64,000 nt of DNA, from positions 7,399-71,398 of the IMG/VR virus record IMGVR_UViG_3300042473_001546; one strand, 5' to 3'. Shown one piece after another: positions 58,012 to 64,000 of the stretch. Position 1 is the first letter of the stretch. The number at the start of each line of letters is the position of its first letter. The stretch comes from a virus (lineage: Duplodnaviria > Caudoviricetes). The position numbers and the translations under genes were made by a program. The notes below the pieces were generated by a model. That model made no database searches and was not told where the DNA came from. It saw only the letters and a list, made by a program, of their open reading frames with translations.

Positions 58012-58707
58012 TTACCAACGGGCGTTCTTGTCAAAACCAGCGTCCTCTAGATCCTTTTGGCAATCAAACATAGCACTTTTGCCTTGGCCGGCATATTTGG
58101 CCAATATGTCTTGCACAGTAGAGGCAGGATCTTGGTAATAGTTGGCAAACGTTACCATATTTGCAATCAGTGTTCGCAACAGTGGCAGCTCTGGATCATA
58201 GGAGAGCCTCAACTCTCCTGGTATAACTTTTGGTAAGCCTTCCAAACTCTTCAATGGGTTGTCGGCACAGAAAAAGTCATCCCCTACAGTTTCGGGCGCC
58301 CCTATGAGGTTGTGTAACCCGTTGTCACTACAATAAAATCCCCCGCCCACAGAGTTTGGTGCCCCCGCAAGACTAGTGAGATTACAATGGTTACACCAAT
58401 AGTTGCCGCCTACTGTTTGTGGTCCACCACGCAATCCTTTTTCTCCAAGTGGATTGCTGTCTACGTCAAATTCACGATGCACAATTTGTGGGCTGCCCTT
58501 CAAACTCCACAGGTTTTTGTCAACGGCTTTGAAATTGTAGACTGTTCCAAAACGCACAGGTAGTTCTTGAAAGGCTGGTGCAGGGTTGATCATTTTCACA
58601 CCATCTGCACTGTTGAACAACCCCTCCTTGTCAATGTTGTCAACTGAGATGTTGATACCTATGAAATACATCTTAAATCGCAGTAGTAACTTATCTTTAT
58701 CTACCAT
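58012..58707 (-). CDS. Variable LRR protein (array 2, last gene)
   Basis: 21-aa repeats; tail ...GFDKNARW. Confidence 0.85.
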   Translation of the reverse strand: MVDKDKLLLRFKMYFIGINISVDNIDKEGLFNSADGVKMINPAPAFQELPVRFGTVYNFKAVDKNLWSLKGSPQIVHREFDVDSNPLGEKGLRGGPQTVGGNYWCNHCNLTSLAGAPNSVGGGFYCSDNGLHNLIGAPETVGDDFFCADNPLKSLEGLPKVIPGELRLSYDPELPLLRTLIANMVTFANYYQDPASTVQDILAKYAGQGKSAMFDCQKDLEDAGFDKNARW

Positions 58708-59276
58708 CTGGCATTCCCTTCAAATCCAGCATCTTCCAAGTCTTTTTGGCAGTCAAACATTGCTCGTTTGCCTTGCCCTGCATATTTGACTAAGATTTTT
58801 TCCAATTCCACTTGATCTGGATTGGGCCAAATTTTCTGGGCTACCAGTGTGCGCAACAAGGGAAGAGTGGGTGTATAATCAAACTCTACACCGAGCCCCC
58901 CAATATGTGATGCTAGCCCATCTAAATTTTCCAATGGATTCTTAGTCACAAGATAATAGGTTCCCACATAGTCAGGTCCGCCAGTTAAGGTGGTTAAGTT
59001 GTTGTTTTTGACAGAGAATGCCTTTCCAACCCAATATGGGGAACCTTCGAGCGTTGTGAGTCCAAGATCAACCGCTTGAAAGTTACCAGTGATTTTACCA
59101 AACACCAGAGGAAGTGTTTTGTGGCTTCTCCTCCCAAACAGTCGATGCAAGTCAATGTCACCAGAGATGTCAACTCTATTTTCGCTATCTAGTGAGATGG
59201 AGTTAAGGGCAAGTGTTGGGGCATAATCACGGAGTATTTGTTTAGCTTCTTGCAGACTGCTTGCTTTATCTACCAT
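58701..59276 (-). CDS. Variable LRR protein (array 2)
   Basis: MVDK, repeats, conserved tail. Confidence 0.85.
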   Translation of the reverse strand: MVDKASSLQEAKQILRDYAPTLALNSISLDSENRVDISGDIDLHRLFGRRSHKTLPLVFGKITGNFQAVDLGLTTLEGSPYWVGKAFSVKNNNLTTLTGGPDYVGTYYLVTKNPLENLDGLASHIGGLGVEFDYTPTLPLLRTLVAQKIWPNPDQVELEKILVKYAGQGKRAMFDCQKDLEDAGFEGNARW

Positions 59277-59965
59277 CTTGCATTCTCCTCAAAGCCAGCG
59301 TCCTCTAGATCCTTTTGGCAATCAAACAGGGCTCGTTTTCCTTGGCCGGTATATTTGTTGAGTATGAGTTCCACGTCCTTCATCTTCTCTCCATTATCGG
59401 GATTGATAAGCTGTATTTCGTTCACAGTCAAAAGGCCCAACAAGGGTAAATGTGGTTTCCAAGTGATTACCACAGTGTTTACATGTGCAGGAGTATTACG
59501 AAAATGTTCAAAAGGGTTTTCAGTGGCCCAAATATAATTTGTGGGTGGACAAGACTCTAGACTGGTCAACAGATTTTTATTACACACTAACTCATATAAG
59601 ACAGGTGGACAATATTTCAAGCTCACTAACTGATTGTTGCTGCAATCAAAATTTTGAGTTTCTTTGGGTGCGTATTGTAGGGAAGTTAACTGATTATCTT
59701 CACAATGGAAGTCTCCTTGGACAACAAGTGGACAGCCTTCTAAGCTCTTCAATCCCATTCCCGAAACAATGAAATCATAATGAGCTATCTTGAATTTGAT
59801 AGGTAGTTTTCCAGTGGCAAATGACCGAACAGCCCCAGCAGAGGAATATAATTCCACCCAACCATGGTCATCAACATTGTAATCGTCGTTATCAAGTGGT
59901 CGTTCAGAATAAGTGGTCTTGAAATGCCTTGTGAGTATTTTGGCTGTGTTGTATTTGTCTACCAT
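59270..59965 (-). CDS. Variable LRR protein (array 2)
   Basis: Start re-set to MVDKYNT at 59965; includes shorter repeat variants. Confidence 0.85.
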   Translation of the reverse strand: MVDKYNTAKILTRHFKTTYSERPLDNDDYNVDDHGWVELYSSAGAVRSFATGKLPIKFKIAHYDFIVSGMGLKSLEGCPLVVQGDFHCEDNQLTSLQYAPKETQNFDCSNNQLVSLKYCPPVLYELVCNKNLLTSLESCPPTNYIWATENPFEHFRNTPAHVNTVVITWKPHLPLLGLLTVNEIQLINPDNGEKMKDVELILNKYTGQGKRALFDCQKDLEDAGFEENARW

Positions 59966-60531
59966 CTGGCATTTCCCCCAAACCCTGCATCTTCCAGTTC
60001 TTTTTGGCAATCGAACATTGCTCGTTTTCCCTGTCCCTGGTAACGAAACATTATGTTGTTCACCGCATCACGTGCTGCTTCTATCTCAAGAGTTGGCTCA
60101 CTTGGCAGTCGCAAAACTAGTCCCAATTTGGCCACCAGTGTTCTAAGTAATGGCAGTTTAGGATCATAGGTGAGTTCTATCCAACCCCCAATCTCTGTGC
60201 TCAAGCCCTCGAGACTCTTCAATGGATTTCTTTCCAAACTCAAGTTACCCCCAACCTTACTGGGCATGCCCGCCAAGCTTTGGATTTGATTGTTGTGGGC
60301 CCAAAGATTGCCGCCTACCTCAGCGGGCGAATTCTGGAAGCTCTTGAGATTGCTGTTAGCCAAATACAAATGTCCAGCTATTGAGCTAAATTTGAAAGGC
60401 AAGTGAGATATGGCCCGGCCAGCATTTACATTACCGTAAGCTACAATTGTTCCATCATCGCAAATACGGTATTCGCCATCCATTGATAGGAATCTCTCAA
60501 GCTTTTCTTTTATTTCTCGTTTGTTTACCAT
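59959..60531 (-). CDS. Variable LRR protein (array 2)
   Basis: MVNK, repeats, conserved tail. Confidence 0.85.
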   Translation of the reverse strand: MVNKREIKEKLERFLSMDGEYRICDDGTIVAYGNVNAGRAISHLPFKFSSIAGHLYLANSNLKSFQNSPAEVGGNLWAHNNQIQSLAGMPSKVGGNLSLERNPLKSLEGLSTEIGGWIELTYDPKLPLLRTLVAKLGLVLRLPSEPTLEIEAARDAVNNIMFRYQGQGKRAMFDCQKELEDAGFGGNARW

Positions 60532-61178
60532 CGGGCATTTCCTTCAAAACCCGCATCCTCTAGATCTTTTTGGCAGTCAAACAGGGCTTGTTTTCCTTTG
60601 CCAGCATAATTATTCAGGATGTTTTCAACTGCCTGAGATTCATCAGGTAAATCGTCACTGTACAACCATACTTTTTGTGCTACCAAGAGTCTCAGCAGTC
60701 CCATATTTGGCATGTAAGTAAGTTTCACTGTTCTTCCCACACTGCTGGGAAATCCTTCAAGACTTTCCAAATAGGGCATGTCATATATTTGAACGTCGCG
60801 GTCCACAGTGTTTGGTCCTCCTTTAAGATTTGTGAGGGAGGTGCCTTTTATCACTAAATCTCTACTCACATAATCAAATGTGCCGCCCAGATCCTTTATA
60901 TTAGGACAATCAAAGATCTCTAGATCTCTACCAATATAACTGGGCGCACCCTCAAAGGTTCTCACAAGTGATCTGTCTAAGCGAACATCACCACCTACAG
61001 ATTTGATCTCCCACGCAAATTCAAGAACATCTCGCCTGATGTGAAGGCTTCCAGCTATCCCACCTTTTGCTTTCACACTCACGGTGTGTTCGTTATGAAA
61101 TTCCAGTTCGCCATTCCAGGAAAAATCTTCTGTAAATGTTTCAGTAAGTTCTTGGATTTTTCTTGGGTCAGTTACCAT
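60525..61178 (-). CDS. Variable LRR protein (array 2)
   Basis: MVTD, repeats, conserved tail. Confidence 0.85.
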   Translation of the reverse strand: MVTDPRKIQELTETFTEDFSWNGELEFHNEHTVSVKAKGGIAGSLHIRRDVLEFAWEIKSVGGDVRLDRSLVRTFEGAPSYIGRDLEIFDCPNIKDLGGTFDYVSRDLVIKGTSLTNLKGGPNTVDRDVQIYDMPYLESLEGFPSSVGRTVKLTYMPNMGLLRLLVAQKVWLYSDDLPDESQAVENILNNYAGKGKQALFDCQKDLEDAGFEGNARW

Positions 61179-61765
61179 CTTGCATTTCCTTCAAATCCCT
61201 CATCTTCCAATTCTTTTTGGCATTCAAACAAGGCACGCTTGCCTTGACCGTGGTATTTGTTTAAAATTTTTTCTACTTGTGCTGCATTGTCTTGATCTTC
61301 CGTAGTCATTTGATTTGCCCACAATGCTACGCCTTGTTTAGCCAATAGCGTGCGCAACAATGGTAGATTGGGTGTCCAGTCGAGGCTTACAAATTCTCCC
61401 AATTCAGTGGGGAATCCATCCAATGTTTTCAACTGTGGGTTACTACGCAGACGCAAATAACCCCCAATTTTTTGAGTACAACCAACAAGACTTGTTAACT
61501 TATTACCAGTTAAGTTCAACAACCCAGTAATCTCAGTTGGCATTCCCTTAAGAGATGTCAACTCACAGTAGGATAGGCGAAAGTCGCCATCAATGCGCCC
61601 AAATTGCACAGGCAGCTCACCATTTGGAAAATCCTCTCCTCGTATTTGTGCTTCGACACTGCTGGCGACGTTGACTACACCATTGATAGTGACTTCAACA
61701 CTTTCACTGTCATTTGCCAAAAACCACTTGTTGAATATTTTGTGAATCTGTTCTCTATCTACCAT
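61172..61765 (-). CDS. Variable LRR protein (array 2)
   Basis: MVDR, repeats, conserved tail. Confidence 0.85.
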   Translation of the reverse strand: MVDREQIHKIFNKWFLANDSESVEVTINGVVNVASSVEAQIRGEDFPNGELPVQFGRIDGDFRLSYCELTSLKGMPTEITGLLNLTGNKLTSLVGCTQKIGGYLRLRSNPQLKTLDGFPTELGEFVSLDWTPNLPLLRTLLAKQGVALWANQMTTEDQDNAAQVEKILNKYHGQGKRALFECQKELEDEGFEGNARW

Positions 61766-62556
61766 CTTGCATTCTCCGCAAATCCTGCATCTTCCAAGTC
61801 CTTTTGGCAGTCAAATAGGGCTCGTTTGCCTTGCCCTCCGTAGCGATTGAGAATTACTTCAGCTGTTTTGTGCTTCCCATCTTTGGGATACAGTTGAATC
61901 TCTTTTGCGAGCAAACAACGAAGCAGTGGCAAAGTGGAGCTATAGGAGAGATGTAAGATTCCAGGTATGGTTGGCAAGCCTTCAAGTGTGGTGAGCTGGT
62001 TGTTGTGGCAGTTGAAACTACCACCAATTGAAGTGGGCGCACCTTCAAGTGTGGTGAGCTGGTTGTTGGAGCAATCGTAATGACGACCAACTGAAGTGGG
62101 CCCACCTTCAAGTGTGGTGAGCTGGTTGTTATAGCACAATAAACTACCACCAACTGAAGTGGGCCCACCTTCAAGTGTGGTGAGCTGGTTGTTGTGGCAC
62201 AAGAAATCACCACCAACTGAAGTGGGCCCACCTTCAAGTGTGGTGAGCTGGTTGTTGTGGCACCAGAAACCACCACCAACTGAAGTGGGTGCACCTTGGA
62301 GTGTAGTGAGCTGGTTGTTGTAGCACAAGAAACCACCACCAACTGAAATGGGCCCACCTTCAAGTGTGGTGAGCTGGTTGTTGCCGCACTTGAAACTACC
62401 ACCAACCTTATCAAAAGCAACAGGCAATCTCTTCAACTTCTTTTTAGGAGTTACCATACCTGTACAACTAACCAATCCCTTATCATCAATGGTTATTGAA
62501 CCAGTTGTTTTGAAATATTTTTCCAACAAAGCCATTACTTCTTTTTTGTCTACCAT
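61759..62556 (-). CDS. LRR protein with 7 homogeneous 21-aa repeats
   Basis: (VGGxFxCxxNQLTTLEGxPTS)x7. Confidence 0.9.
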   Translation of the reverse strand: MVDKKEVMALLEKYFKTTGSITIDDKGLVSCTGMVTPKKKLKRLPVAFDKVGGSFKCGNNQLTTLEGGPISVGGGFLCYNNQLTTLQGAPTSVGGGFWCHNNQLTTLEGGPTSVGGDFLCHNNQLTTLEGGPTSVGGSLLCYNNQLTTLEGGPTSVGRHYDCSNNQLTTLEGAPTSIGGSFNCHNNQLTTLEGLPTIPGILHLSYSSTLPLLRCLLAKEIQLYPKDGKHKTAEVILNRYGGQGKRALFDCQKDLEDAGFAENARW

Positions 62557-63473
62557 CTTGCATTCTCCTCAAAGCCAGCGTCCTCTAGATCTTTTTGGCA
62601 ATCAAACATTGCTCGTTTGCCTTGCCCTCCGTAGCGATTGAGAATTACTTCAGCTGTTTTGTGCTTTCCATGCAGAGGATACAGTTGAATCTCTTTTGCC
62701 AACAAGCAACGAAGCAGTGGCAAGGTGGGGCTGTAGGAGAGATGTAAGGTTCCAGGTACAGTTGGCAAGCCTTCAAGTGTGGTGAGCTGCTGGTTGCTGC
62801 ACGAGAAATTACCACCAACTGAAGTGGGTGCACCTTCAAGTGTGGTGAGCTGGTTGTTGTCGCACCAGAAACTACCACCAACTGAAGTGGGTGCACCTTC
62901 AAGTGTGGTGAGCTGGTTGATGTGGCAGAAGAAACCACCACCAACTGAAGTGGGTGCACCTTCAAGTGTGGTGAGCTGGTTGTTGTCGCACCAGAAACTA
63001 CCACCAACTGAAGTGGGCCCACCTTCAAGTGTAGTGAGCTGGTTGAGGCTGCACAAGAAATCACCACCAACTGAAGTGGGCCCACCTTCAAGTGTGGTGA
63101 GCTGGTTGTTGGAGCAATCGTAATGACGACCAACTGAAGTGGGCCCACCTTCAAGTGTGGTGAGCTGGTTGAGGCTGCATAAGAAACCACCACCAACTGA
63201 AGTGGGTGCACCTTGGAGTGTGGTGAGCTGGTTGATGTGGCAGAAGAAACTACCACCAACTGAAGTGGGTGCACCTTCAAGTGTGGTGAGCTGGTTGTTG
63301 TCGCACTTGAAATCACCACCAACCTTATCAAAAGCAACAGGCAATCTCTTCAACTTCTTTTTAGGAGTTACCATACCTGTACAACTAACCAATCCCTTAT
63401 CGTCAATGGTTATTGAACCAGTTGTTTTGAAATTAGCTTTCAACAAAGCCATTACTTCTTTTTTGTCTACCAT
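62550..63473 (-). CDS. LRR protein with 9 homogeneous 21-aa repeats
   Basis: Same caps as the previous gene, 42 aa longer. Confidence 0.9.
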   Translation of the reverse strand: MVDKKEVMALLKANFKTTGSITIDDKGLVSCTGMVTPKKKLKRLPVAFDKVGGDFKCDNNQLTTLEGAPTSVGGSFFCHINQLTTLQGAPTSVGGGFLCSLNQLTTLEGGPTSVGRHYDCSNNQLTTLEGGPTSVGGDFLCSLNQLTTLEGGPTSVGGSFWCDNNQLTTLEGAPTSVGGGFFCHINQLTTLEGAPTSVGGSFWCDNNQLTTLEGAPTSVGGNFSCSNQQLTTLEGLPTVPGTLHLSYSPTLPLLRCLLAKEIQLYPLHGKHKTAEVILNRYGGQGKRAMFDCQKDLEDAGFEENARW

Positions 63474-64000
63474 CTGGCATTTCCTTCAAATCCAGCATCT
63501 TCTAAGTCTTTTTGGCATTCAAACAAGTATCGTATGCCGTTTCCTGCGTATCGATTGAGAATTTTTTCAGCTGTTTTGTGCTTCCCATTCTCAGGATACA
63601 GTTGAATCTCTTTTGCGAGCAAACAACGAAGCAGTGGCAAAGTGGAGCTATAGGAGAGATGTAAGATTCCAGGTATGGTTGGCATTCCTTCAAGTGTGGT
63701 GAGCTGGTTGTTGTGGCAGTCGAAACTACCACCAATTGAAGTGGGCGCACCTTCAAGTGTAGTGAGCTGGTTGTTGGAGCAATCGTAATGACGACCAACT
63801 GAAGTGGGCCCACCTTCAAGTGTGGTGAGCTGGTTGTTATAGCACAATAAACTACCACCAACTGAAATGGGCCCACCTTCAAGTGTGGTGAGCTGGTTGT
63901 TGTGGCACAAGAAATCACCACCAACTGAAGTGGGTGCACCTTCAAGTGTGGTGAGCTGCTGGTCGCTGCACGAGAAACTACCACCAACTGAAGTGGGTGC
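63467..64000 (-). CDS. LRR protein, 5' part outside window (at least 5 repeats)
   Basis: Frame open to window edge. Confidence 0.88.
   Translation of the reverse strand, partial: APTSVGGSFSCSDQQLTTLEGAPTSVGGDFLCHNNQLTTLEGGPISVGGSLLCYNNQLTTLEGGPTSVGRHYDCSNNQLTTLEGAPTSIGGSFDCHNNQLTTLEGMPTIPGILHLSYSSTLPLLRCLLAKEIQLYPENGKHKTAEKILNRYAGNGIRYLFECQKDLEDAGFEGNARW

Larger units (their letters stand above)
61979..64000 (-). repeat. Coding 63-bp tandem repeats in three blocks (about 61979-62406, 62770-63324, 63687-64000), at least 21 units
   Basis: CCTTCAAGTGTGGTGAGCTGGTTG recurs every 63 bp. Confidence 0.95.

Noticed and set aside
57686-58018. MVNRY.. ORF as a tenth array member
   Set aside because: Junction gives TTG without SD, there is no LRR or tail, and an ATG at 58003 behind TAAATA is the better start
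61854-63987. Long alternate-frame ORFs (LQLVVV..TTTSSPHLKV) and antisense ORFs
   Set aside because: By-products of a stop-free 63-bp repeat; no SD or independent evidence
61979-64000. CRISPR array
   Set aside because: Units are an in-frame 63-bp coding repeat; variable parts are short, related to each other and reused; no cas genes
61979-64000. DGR-type adenine mutagenesis (variable codons look like AAY to NNY)
   Set aside because: Synonymous scaffold adenines (TCA, ACA, GAA) are invariant, and no reverse transcriptase or template repeat is seen in the window; revisit only if one is found elsewhere
1-64000. Bacterial chromosome origin
   Set aside because: Housekeeping-like genes are out of normal operons and interspersed with rIIA/rIIB, virion genes, TAAATA motifs and many small orphan ORFs

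Overview
This window looks like part of a large T4-like (jumbo) phage genome, probably with an alphaproteobacterial host; this is inferred from gene content and promoter style, with no database search. It carries rIIA/rIIB, virion and tail-spike-like genes and host-like functions: DnaK, IbpA, ClpX/ClpP/ClpS, IF3, S21, an ArfA-like peptide, a CCA enzyme, QueD, dUTPase, ADP-heptose enzymes, an outer-membrane beta-barrel and a PHP-less DnaE. Two promoter classes are visible: sigma70-type TTGACA-N13-TGC-TATART and late-type TAAATA, the latter often apparently leaderless. The standout is two head-to-tail arrays (4061-7107, 5 genes; 58012 to beyond 64000, at least 9 genes) of variable 21-aa leucine-rich-repeat (LRR) proteins sharing a constant C-terminal tail (Y-G-GKRA-FDCQK-LEDAGFE-NARW). 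At all 12 internal junctions the tail also encodes the next gene's Shine-Dalgarno (SD) sequence and ATG (7-nt ATGGTAR overlap). Both terminal genes lack this signal, and a decayed orphan tail precedes array 1. The three youngest genes consist of near-identical 63-bp units that vary almost only at predicted binding-face codons and are shared between genes, reminiscent of variable lymphocyte receptors (VLRs). No tRNA, rRNA, CRISPR array or reverse transcriptase was recognised.
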